Virus record (IMG/VR): IMGVR_UViG_3300032286_000077
Location: 1 to 32,641 of that record
Strand: one strand, 5' to 3'
Source: a virus
Length of the DNA stretch: 32,641 bases
Shown here piece after piece: positions 1-6,136 of this stretch; position 1 is the first letter of the stretch; the number at the start of each line of letters is the position of its first letter. Made by a program: the position numbers and the translations under genes. Under the pieces are notes generated by a model. It did not search any database. It worked only from the letters and a program-made list of their open reading frames with translations, and was not told the origin of the DNA.

Positions 1-123
1 CCCTTGGATCACCATGTCGGGTGCGTCACCGGACGGCTTGGCCTCCGAGGGTATGGTTGAGATCAAATGCCCCAATACCGCAACCCACTTGCAAACCCTG
101 TTAGACCGCAAAGTTCCTGAGAA
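1..123. repeat. Terminal direct repeat, exact copy of 32519-32641 (circular-assembly overlap or terminal redundancy)
   Basis: I aligned the two ends base by base. Position 1 corresponds to 32519 and position 123 to 32641, with no mismatches seen. Confidence 0.95.
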
Positions 124-334
124 ATACATCACGCAAATGATGTGGCAAATGGCCTGTGCTGACCGCCCTTGGGTGGACTTTGTTTCATTCGATCCTCGTC
201 TTCCTGAGAGACATCAGCTATTCATCAAACGCATTAACTATGACCCCGAAATGGTTAATTTGCTTGAGAATTCAGTCATCCAGTTCTTGGGTGATGTAGA
301 CCTAAAAATCCAACAATTAGAAAGCCTGCCATGA
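1..334 (+). CDS. YqaJ-like (lambda-Exo fold) recombination exonuclease, 3' part; continues from 32247..32641 across the circular junction
   Basis: It is in the same frame as the ORF that opens at 32247. SPDG ... VEIKCP gives the D...ExK signature of PD-(D/E)XK YqaJ-type exonucleases. The joined gene is about 201 aa. Confidence 0.85.
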   Translation, partial: PWITMSGASPDGLASEGMVEIKCPNTATHLQTLLDRKVPEKYITQMMWQMACADRPWVDFVSFDPRLPERHQLFIKRINYDPEMVNLLENSVIQFLGDVDLKIQQLESLP

Positions 335-567
335 AGAAATTTAAAAACATCGTTGTCATTACTGGCACATACAAAACCCGCGAGGGTCAGGAAAAGAAAC
401 GCTACCAAAACATTGGGTCTGTGTTTTTAGACGATAACGACAACCTCAAGATTAAGATGGATTCAATGCCGCTTGTGGACGGTGGTTGGAATGGATGGGC
501 TAATTGCTATGACTTGGAGGAAAAGGCAAATAAACAGGAGGATAGACATGATGACATCCCTTTTTAG
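331..567 (+). CDS. Miniature SSB-like protein with a bacterial SSB C-terminal tip (DDIPF)
   Basis: The ATG at 331 overlaps the exonuclease stop (ATGA). The 78-aa protein has a beta-rich core, an acidic linker (EEKANKQEDRHDD) and the terminal residues DDIPF. It occupies the position where Erf/exonuclease modules usually carry an SSB. Confidence 0.65.
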   Translation: MKKFKNIVVITGTYKTREGQEKKRYQNIGSVFLDDNDNLKIKMDSMPLVDGGWNGWANCYDLEEKANKQEDRHDDIPF

Positions 568-853
568 AGCTAGGGGGCTTGACCCCTCAACCAGCCACGC
601 CGCCGCAGATCAATCAATAGACCTTGCTAGGCAGCACTTTGAAAAGATCGTAGAGTGCTTACGCCGCTTTGGGCCAATGGGCAAAGATGGCATTGCCGAG
701 CTGGTGGGGCTTGACGGCAACCAAGTGGCTAGGCGCATGAAAGAGCTTGAAAAGGATGGGCGGGTGGAGCTTACAGGGCGCACCACTAAGTCCAACTCAG
801 GCAGGTCAGAAAGAGAATGGCAATTTGTGCCAGTACAGCAGGAGTTAATTTGA
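548..853 (+). CDS. Winged helix-turn-helix (MarR-like) DNA-binding protein
   Basis: AGGAGG at 536-541 precedes the ATG at 548. GKDGIAELVGLDGNQVARRMKELEKDGRVEL looks like a recognition helix plus wing. The track start at 473 would lie inside the previous gene. Confidence 0.75.
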   Translation: MMTSLFRARGLDPSTSHAAADQSIDLARQHFEKIVECLRRFGPMGKDGIAELVGLDGNQVARRMKELEKDGRVELTGRTTKSNSGRSEREWQFVPVQQELI

Positions 854-1482
854 GTTACCTTGTTTCATCATTACCGCCCATTAAATGCTTTGTAAAGGCT
901 GAGTTTCTCTACAACCACACCAAAAGGCATGGCGAGCTTGTGCCTTGCGTGTGGGTCAGCCTCAAAGCTCTTAGAGGGCAAGTGTTTCGGATTGAGTCGC
1001 TGCTAACCGAATACGGCGCTTTGTACGACAAATTGCCCATCCATGCCTATGTGTGGAAAGAGGGCGCTAGTGACTTACCCATTGACATTCTTCAACTATG
1101 GGACTGCATGGGTTACCGATTCACTATTATTGAAAAGATCAGCTTGCGTAATCTTGGTGTAAAGTTTTTGGGTAAAGACAAGCAATGGCACTTTGGGACA
1201 TACCTGTTTACCGTGGACTTTTGTGCTGATGGGCAAGACCTTGACACCGGCTTTACAGAGACCGCCGAGGAGCACAAGAGCTTTAACTTTATCAAACTTG
1301 AGTCAGGCCAGTTTGCTTGCCAGCCCAACAACCGATGCCTGTGGTATGACCAAAGCCTTGTACCTGTTGAGACCAAGTTTCCCGATTTCCAAGCCGCTCA
1401 GCATCTATGGTCTGTGGATGGCACACGCAAATGGAGTGCTGGGGATGATTGGTTTTACACAATAGAGGAAAAGAATGACTAA
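817..1482 (+). CDS. Hypothetical protein (about 210-221 aa)
   Basis: This is a long ORF with a protein-like composition. The alternative start TTG at 850 has GGAG at 841-844 and overlaps the upstream stop (TTGA), which matches the coupling style seen elsewhere in this genome. Confidence 0.8.
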   Translation: MAICASTAGVNLSYLVSSLPPIKCFVKAEFLYNHTKRHGELVPCVWVSLKALRGQVFRIESLLTEYGALYDKLPIHAYVWKEGASDLPIDILQLWDCMGYRFTIIEKISLRNLGVKFLGKDKQWHFGTYLFTVDFCADGQDLDTGFTETAEEHKSFNFIKLESGQFACQPNNRCLWYDQSLVPVETKFPDFQAAQHLWSVDGTRKWSAGDDWFYTIEEKND

Positions 1483-1624
1483 AGCACAGCAGGTTTTTGA
1501 GGCCATGATGCGATCCAAAGGCTATACCGACTTTAACCAAGTTAAAGGAAAATACACAAATCCCAGCGTTGTTATGCGTTGGAATTACTTTCTTTTAGGT
1601 TGGGAAATGCGAGGTGTGCATTGA
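1475..1624 (+). CDS. Small hypothetical protein (49 aa), below the ORF-track size cutoff
   Basis: The ATG at 1475 is preceded by GAGGA and overlaps the end of the previous gene. My hand translation is MTKAQQVFEAMMRSKGYTDFNQVKGKYTNPSVVMRWNYFLLGWEMRGVH. Confidence 0.4.
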   Translation: MTKAQQVFEAMMRSKGYTDFNQVKGKYTNPSVVMRWNYFLLGWEMRGVH

Positions 1625-1728
1625 TCGCCACGGTCTTTGCTTTAGCCATTGGCGCAATCATTGGGGTTGGGACGCTAGTAATAATTGCATACATACTAGC
1701 GTATCTTGAAGACGTTGATAAAAACTAA
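1621..1728 (+). CDS. Possible 35-aa single-pass membrane peptide
   Basis: The TTG at 1621 overlaps the preceding TGA, with GAGGTG about 5 nt upstream. The translation LIATVFALAIGAIIGVGTLVIIAYILAYLEDVDKN is one hydrophobic helix plus an acidic tail. Confidence 0.3.
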   Translation: MIATVFALAIGAIIGVGTLVIIAYILAYLEDVDKN

Positions 1729-1730
1729 AT

Positions 1731-2198
1731 TTACGCTATCAAGCCGTTCAAATAGGTTGTTTTGCCTGCTATCTTAGTGGCGGTCAATTCCTGCTTTTTG
1801 AGGTTGTTGGGGTCATAACTGACATGAACCCACCCGCTGTCGGGAATGCCTGATGTATAAAATTCTAAAATCAATTGGGTGTACTCCAAGTTATCCATAA
1901 TCCACTGCGCCAGCTCTGCATTGGCAACTCCAGGTATCTCAATGTCTGCCGCCATGCCCTTGCAGTGGTCTGATGTCTTGCTGCCGCCAACCGCCGCATT
2001 GGACTCAGGGCTGCGGTAAGCAGAATTCACCTTGACGCCCTTGCCGTAATGCTCACGCACAGGCTGAAGTACCTTTTCACAAAGCAGACGCAAATTCTCG
2101 GTGGCCTCTTCATCAGGCGTATTGTCAAACCCCATGCGTATAGCAGTTTCTGATTTGCACATCTCATGCAAGCTGAAATTGGCGGTTAACTGTGTCAT
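1731..2198 (-). CDS. Endolysin, peptidase M15 family (zinc D-Ala-D-Ala / L-Ala-D-Glu peptidase-like)
   Basis: The pattern FSLHEM ... SAYRSPESNAAVGGSKTSDHCKGMAADI ... WVHVSY matches the M15 zinc-ligand arrangement (H, D, H). It is the last gene of the lysis cassette, and its ATG overlaps the spanin stop (ATGA). Confidence 0.9.
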   Translation of the reverse strand: MTQLTANFSLHEMCKSETAIRMGFDNTPDEEATENLRLLCEKVLQPVREHYGKGVKVNSAYRSPESNAAVGGSKTSDHCKGMAADIEIPGVANAELAQWIMDNLEYTQLILEFYTSGIPDSGWVHVSYDPNNLKKQELTATKIAGKTTYLNGLIA

Positions 2199-2668
2199 TT
2201 TGTAGTCCTCATGGTTTCGTAGGTTTGGATGCAGGCGTTGAGCTTGCGGATGGCGGTGTCTCCCTCGGCTGTGATGGCAATAAGATCGTCAGCAGTCTTT
2301 CGGTCAAGTTCGGCTGATGCTGTTCCGCTGTGATCTCCAGCGGCAATGGTGGCATCACTGGTGGCTGATACGGCGCACTCGGGGGCTTTGACAGGAATGA
2401 ACAGCCTGCGCTCGCCACTAGCAATATCAGCGCGGAGCTTGTCTTCTTTAGCCTTTGCAACATTGTTTGCCTTTCGTAATGTCTGACCATAACTTTGCGC
2501 CACTTGCGCCATTGCCTGCTCGGTCTCCCTTGCCTTGGCATTCAGCGCGGCAATCTCAACTTGCTGGCGTGTATGCTCGTCATGCTTGCCCTTGATGTAT
2601 CCACCGCTAAATGATGACAGCACCGCCAAGACGATGCCAAGAATCACCCAAAGGTTAAACAAACTCAT
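2195..2668 (-). CDS. i-spanin (Rz-like inner-membrane spanin subunit)
   Basis: It has an N-terminal TMD (LWVILGIVLAVLSSFSGG) followed by a charged coiled-coil periplasmic domain. A lipoprotein ORF is embedded in another frame, and the gene lies between the holin and the endolysin. Confidence 0.8.
   Translation of the reverse strand: MSLFNLWVILGIVLAVLSSFSGGYIKGKHDEHTRQQVEIAALNAKARETEQAMAQVAQSYGQTLRKANNVAKAKEDKLRADIASGERRLFIPVKAPECAVSATSDATIAAGDHSGTASAELDRKTADDLIAITAEGDTAIRKLNACIQTYETMRTTK
2209..2463 (-). CDS. o-spanin (Rz1-like outer-membrane lipoprotein) fully embedded in the i-spanin gene
   Basis: An internal ATG at 2463 (AAAGG upstream) gives MLQRLKKTSSALILLVASAGC. This reads as a signal peptide plus lipobox Cys, followed by a proline-rich mature part of about 63 aa. 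Confidence 0.75.
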   Translation of the reverse strand: MLQRLKKTSSALILLVASAGCSFLSKPPSAPYQPPVMPPLPLEITAEQHQPNLTERLLTILLPSQPRETPPSASSTPASKPTKP

Positions 2669-2988
2669 GGTGCTGGTGGCTCATTGTCATTTGCTTCAGC
2701 CTTGGCGCTTGCGTTGGCAATTGCTTTGACACCCGACCTACCAGCGACACCGCCAAGCACCCCAGTGATGAAAACCATAATGGTGCTGATCTGTTGGGTG
2801 TACACCTTATCAATTGCCGCCATGCTTCCATTCATAGGCTGCTGAACAAAACTGACTGAGTAGAGAAACATCCCCATAGAGGCCAGCAGGATGGTCACCA
2901 AGACCACGATAACAAATGCCCATACCCTGACCTCAATCTCGTCAGCATTGAGGCGATTATTTGGTTTGTATCCGACTGTTGGCATCAC
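2665..2988 (-). CDS. Putative holin with two transmembrane domains
   Basis: There are two hydrophobic segments (WAFVIVVLVTILLASMGMFLYSV and ISTIMVFITGVLGGVAG) and a charged C-terminus. AAGGAG lies upstream of the GTG/ATG start, and the gene is immediately upstream of the spanins. Confidence 0.6.
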   Translation of the reverse strand: MMPTVGYKPNNRLNADEIEVRVWAFVIVVLVTILLASMGMFLYSVSFVQQPMNGSMAAIDKVYTQQISTIMVFITGVLGGVAGRSGVKAIANASAKAEANDNEPPAP

Positions 2989-3167
2989 TTCTTCTCCTTG
3001 GGTTTAATAAGCATTTCGGGGCAAGTTCCTGCTGCTGTACAAATTGGCGGCTTACATTCGGTATTTTGCCAATTTAATGGGTCTTGGCAAGGGTAGCGGT
3101 AACGATCATCGCAGCCAGTCAACACTACCAGCAAAACCGATAAAAACCAAATTTCGTAGACATTCAT
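2985..3167 (-). CDS. Small Cys-rich lipoprotein (60 aa precursor)
   Basis: The signal peptide ends in the canonical lipobox LTGC. The mature part starts CDD and carries four more Cys residues. The ATG overlaps the upstream stop (ATGA). Confidence 0.7.
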   Translation of the reverse strand: MNVYEIWFLSVLLVVLTGCDDRYRYPCQDPLNWQNTECKPPICTAAGTCPEMLIKPKEKK

Positions 3168-3331
3168 TTTTCTTTATCCTTTCGCTTTTGAGCTTCTATC
3201 TCACGGCGTAATTTTTCCACTTTTTCAAGTTGCTGGTTGACTTGATGCTTTGCATCTAAGATGTCTAGATACAGCAATGCCCCCATTGGTAGGAGGAGGG
3301 CAATAAGTACGCAAGCAGCTATCCATCCCAC
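3164..3331 (-). CDS. Small N-terminal-TMD protein with a coiled-coil tail (55 aa from GTG 3331; alternative 96-aa form from ATG 3454)
   Basis: The GTG at 3331 shares a G with the TAG of the upstream frame (TAGTG) and has GGGGAGG 5 nt upstream. The ATG at 3454 has AGGAG only 2 nt away and would overlap the upstream gene by 124 nt. Confidence 0.5.
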   Translation of the reverse strand: MGWIAACVLIALLLPMGALLYLDILDAKHQVNQQLEKVEKLRREIEAQKRKDKEK

Positions 3332-4029
3332 TATGTCCTCCCCCAGCGATTGACGAACAGGAGCCACAGCCACAGGTAAAGGAGGAATGTAATAGTCCCC
3401 AACAGGTACGCTACTTTTAGCTGGAAGTTTCTTTCCTCTTCCTTGCGTTGCCATAACTCCTGCCTGTTCTTAGCTTCCAGTTTTAGCCTTGCCTGTGTTT
3501 GCTCTTCTCCAATCTTCTCTCTCATGCTGAAAACTTCTGAATACAAAGCACCCATCTCTTGCGGAGCTTGAAAAACCATGCACTCTCTTATTTGCACAAC
3601 CAATCTATCCATCTCTTGCTGGGCCATCACTCGCTTAAGTGCTGACTCCATCAAGTTCTGATCAGGGTCGTAGATGTTTTTGCTCTTCTCTTCCTCTTCC
3701 CTGATGTGTGCGGCTAGTTGTTCTTGGAGTTTAAAAAATTGCGTGAGGTTAGAAACAATGTCAACCTTGACTTGAGTCTCGTCAACAGCGACATACTCAG
3801 ACTTCTTAGTCTTTGCAACAGGCTTTGCAATTTGAGACTTAGATTTACCGCCAAAGAATTTACTGAAGTTACCCCAAAATCCAGTAACTTCCTTATATAT
3901 CCCAGCAACCTCATCAGCAGTTCTTTTGATCTCAACAAAAGATTCTTTAGCCTGCTTGTAAAGCTCGCACCCAGCTTGGATGTTCTTAACAAGACCAGCC
4001 GCAAGGAGGCAGATGCTGATTGGATCAAT
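3331..4029 (-). CDS. Coiled-coil protein with a C-terminal membrane anchor; start unresolved (the first canonical start is TTG 3654, but the coding frame stays open back to 4029)
   Basis: My hand translation of this frame from 4029 gives a balanced sequence with RNY periodicity (IDPISICLLAAGLVKNIQAGCELYKQAKESFVEIKRTADEVAGIYKEV...). There is no ATG, GTG or TTG in the first 125 codons. The frame continues the 4030-4224 ORF through one TAA. Confidence 0.5.
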   Translation of the reverse strand: MDPISICLLAAGLVKNIQAGCELYKQAKESFVEIKRTADEVAGIYKEVTGFWGNFSKFFGGKSKSQIAKPVAKTKKSEYVAVDETQVKVDIVSNLTQFFKLQEQLAAHIREEEEKSKNIYDPDQNLMESALKRVMAQQEMDRLVVQIRECMVFQAPQEMGALYSEVFSMREKIGEEQTQARLKLEAKNRQELWQRKEEERNFQLKVAYLLGTITFLLYLWLWLLFVNRWGRT

Positions 4030-4224
4030 TTACAGCCCCAATAGTTTTTTGATGAATTCTGCCGCTACGCCAGGCCCAAACAACACCACCACCATCACCG
4101 CATACAAAAGGTATTCAATGCGGGTCATGCGCTTGTCGCCAGCAATAAAAGACTTTTCAATAGCCTCGTACCTTTGGGCGCAAATAGCCTCATGAACAGC
4201 AAAATCTTTTTCTAAATCGCTCAT
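4030..4224 (-). CDS. Small single-TMD membrane protein (64 aa; holin-like candidate)
   Basis: It has an amphipathic N-terminus and then the TMD IEYLLYAVMVVVLFGPGVAA. The ATG overlaps the upstream stop (ATGA), and the gene lies at the head of the lysis region. Confidence 0.7.
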   Translation of the reverse strand: MSDLEKDFAVHEAICAQRYEAIEKSFIAGDKRMTRIEYLLYAVMVVVLFGPGVAAEFIKKLLGL

Positions 4225-4388
4225 GATTCATCTGCGGGAAGTGGTGTGTTGCCCTCTGCAAGCCATTTCAAATACTCAGGCGTTGTCACTAAACAAGATT
4301 CTTGTTTGCCATCAGGCCATATACGCATTACTGCATCAGCCTCTGTCTGACCAAAACGAATGTAAAGTTTCCAAATAGGGTCGTTCAT
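4221..4388 (-). CDS. Small conserved-looking phage protein downstream of the tail fiber (55 aa, possible fiber accessory or chaperone)
   Basis: It is below the ORF-track size cutoff. The ATG at 4388 overlaps the fiber stop (ATGA) and its own stop overlaps the next ATG. The translation is MNDPIWKLYIRFGQTEADAVMRIWPDGKQESCLVTTPEYLKWLAEGNTPLPADES. Confidence 0.65.
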   Translation of the reverse strand: MNDPIWKLYIRFGQTEADAVMRIWPDGKQESCLVTTPEYLKWLAEGNTPLPADES

Positions 4389-6136
4389 AATTCACTTCCT
4401 GTACCAATAACTCTAGCTGAAGAACCAATTAAACCTGTTGCATTGCCAGCTACTAATCCAACCGCTACAGTTGCCAATAATTGAACTTGATTATCGGATG
4501 AGCCGTTAAAAGCTAATGCAGTAGTAGCTATTCCTGATGCGCCAGCGGCATAAACAGAGTATGTTCCTGTTGTAGTTATGCCAGTTACAGGTGTTCTAGG
4601 GGTTACAGGGTAAGTTAAAGGAATAATAGCTTGAGTGGCTCCAATAGCTTGGCCTGCAACCCCTATTAAAGTTCCATTCCATACAGGACAATACCGCTGG
4701 CACAAAGCCAACTCAGTCCCATAAGGTCTGTAATCAAAGCTCGTTGCTGTTGAGCCTTTTTCTAGCTGTATGCCTGTGATTTCAACCCAGTTGTTTGAGC
4801 TACCAGCATTGCCTGTATGTGCATTAACAAAGTTAATAGAAATCTCATTTGTTCCAGCAGGGACAGAAACAGTGCCAGTGTATGTCACAAATGAAGTTGT
4901 CAGAGATGTAGCTGAAACCGCATTTGTAGACGCATATCCAGTCCAACTTCCACCAGTTGAACCATTTACCCCTTGGTCAGTTCCAGTTCCAGTAACTACA
5001 CCACAAGCAAGAGTTCCTGCAAAGTCAGAACCTCTACGAGCTTGAAAACTTACTGTTACAGATTGACCAGCCAAATCGTAACAGTTGTTTGATTCAATAA
5101 CTTGAGTGGCAAACATATTGCCAGAATATGTACCAGCAAATTTATATAATCTTAATGCTTTTGTAAATGGGTATGTGCTAGTTGCGACTTGATACCCGTA
5201 AATTGTTCCTGAAGGTGCGCTACCTGTAGCACAAGCCCATCTGTCAACTGTATATTGGTTTGATGTTGTCAGGCTAACTGCGGCTGATGCTGTTCCTCTT
5301 TGGTCAATCACCATTGCACCATTAATAATGCGGTTTCTATAAGCAAAACCCATACCCAAACCAGCGCCGCCAATACTAGGCGCACCAGTAATTAATACAG
5401 TATCGGTGCTAGAGCTTCCAAGGGTGGGCGTTCCAATTGTTGGGGCTGTTCCCAACACAGCAGAGCCTGTACCTGTAATTGCCGCAAATCCAATATGGTC
5501 ATAGTCCCAAGATGCCGCCGTTGTTCCTGTGATCAAAATACAGGTATACAGCGTAGTTACGCCAGCGGGAATTGTAGAGATTGTGTTTCCACCACTTGAT
5601 TGGACTGTCAGCGTACCAGTTGAATTGTTTTCAATGGAATAGCTCATGCCCAAAGCCAGCGTGGAAGTCACAGGCAAAACAATGGTTTGAGCTAATGTTC
5701 CTGTAAAAAATTGCTGATGGTTGGATGCCGCTGTTAAGGTGGTTGTCCCACCTGCCGTAGCGGTAGTGGTGTAACCCATCTTAATGTTGTTGATCACAGG
5801 ATTGGTGACTGTGACCGCGCCTGTAACGTCCAACGTGCCTGCAATATTAGCGTTTACGCCAACATAAAGATTCTTAGCTACCCCTACACCACCCGCAGTA
5901 ATGATTGACCCTGTGGAGGTGCTAGAGGAGTCTGTGGTTAGGCTTGAGTTAATACCCGCCGCAAACGGTATGCGAGCCGTTGTGGTGGTTTGCCCATCCT
6001 TAGTGATAGCCGTGGACAAACCTGTTGCCAAGTCCGCTGTAAGGGCGTTAAAGGCGGTCGAGGATATAACTGTTCCCGCAACTACCGGTTGCCCCGAGGT
6101 GTTTATTTGGAATGTGCCGCTGCCGTTGTAACTCAT
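4385..6136 (-). CDS. Tail fiber / receptor-binding protein
   Basis: The N-terminus MSYNGSGTFQINTSGQPVVAGTVISSTAFNALTADLATGLSTAITKDGQ is typical of podovirus fiber anchors. The middle is rich in G, T and S. The C-terminal block has the NRIINGAMVIDQRG ... IQLEKGSTATSFDYRPYGTELALCQRY motifs seen in many fiber tip domains. Confidence 0.85.
   Translation of the reverse strand: MSYNGSGTFQINTSGQPVVAGTVISSTAFNALTADLATGLSTAITKDGQTTTTARIPFAAGINSSLTTDSSSTSTGSIITAGGVGVAKNLYVGVNANIAGTLDVTGAVTVTNPVINNIKMGYTTTATAGGTTTLTAASNHQQFFTGTLAQTIVLPVTSTLALGMSYSIENNSTGTLTVQSSGGNTISTIPAGVTTLYTCILITGTTAASWDYDHIGFAAITGTGSAVLGTAPTIGTPTLGSSSTDTVLITGAPSIGGAGLGMGFAYRNRIINGAMVIDQRGTASAAVSLTTSNQYTVDRWACATGSAPSGTIYGYQVATSTYPFTKALRLYKFAGTYSGNMFATQVIESNNCYDLAGQSVTVSFQARRGSDFAGTLACGVVTGTGTDQGVNGSTGGSWTGYASTNAVSATSLTTSFVTYTGTVSVPAGTNEISINFVNAHTGNAGSSNNWVEITGIQLEKGSTATSFDYRPYGTELALCQRYCPVWNGTLIGVAGQAIGATQAIIPLTYPVTPRTPVTGITTTGTYSVYAAGASGIATTALAFNGSSDNQVQLLATVAVGLVAGNATGLIGSSARVIGTGSEL

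Noticed and set aside
1-123. The terminal repeat as a genuine T7-like direct terminal repeat
   Set aside because: The repeat lies inside the exonuclease coding sequence and restores one intact ORF when the ends are joined. A circular-assembly overlap or circular permutation is the simpler explanation.
473-547. The upstream start at 473 for the winged-helix gene
   Set aside because: It would overlap the SSB-like gene by 95 nt in another frame. An AGGAGG-served ATG at 548 is available.
1621-1735. A bidirectional terminator expected at the convergence point of the two transcription units
   Set aside because: Only 2 nt separate the plus-strand stop (1728) from the endolysin stop (1731). I could not find a convincing GC-rich hairpin or T-tract in the flanking 60 nt on either strand.
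3714-4044. ORF-track calls 3714-4028 (minus, 104 aa) and 3718-4044 (plus, 108 aa), which fill the gap upstream of 3654
   Set aside because: Both translate to Leu/Ser/Arg-dominated low-complexity sequence, which is typical of out-of-phase reading of a Lys/Glu/Val/Ala-rich gene. The third frame on the minus strand has RNY periodicity and normal composition, so I treat these two as shadow ORFs.
4385-6136. A possible diversity-generating retroelement or other targeted hypervariation in the fiber genes
   Set aside because: No reverse transcriptase gene is present anywhere in the genome. I also saw no template/variable repeat pair. The plus-strand ORFs inside the fiber genes are antisense shadows of Thr/Gly/Ser-rich coding sequence.
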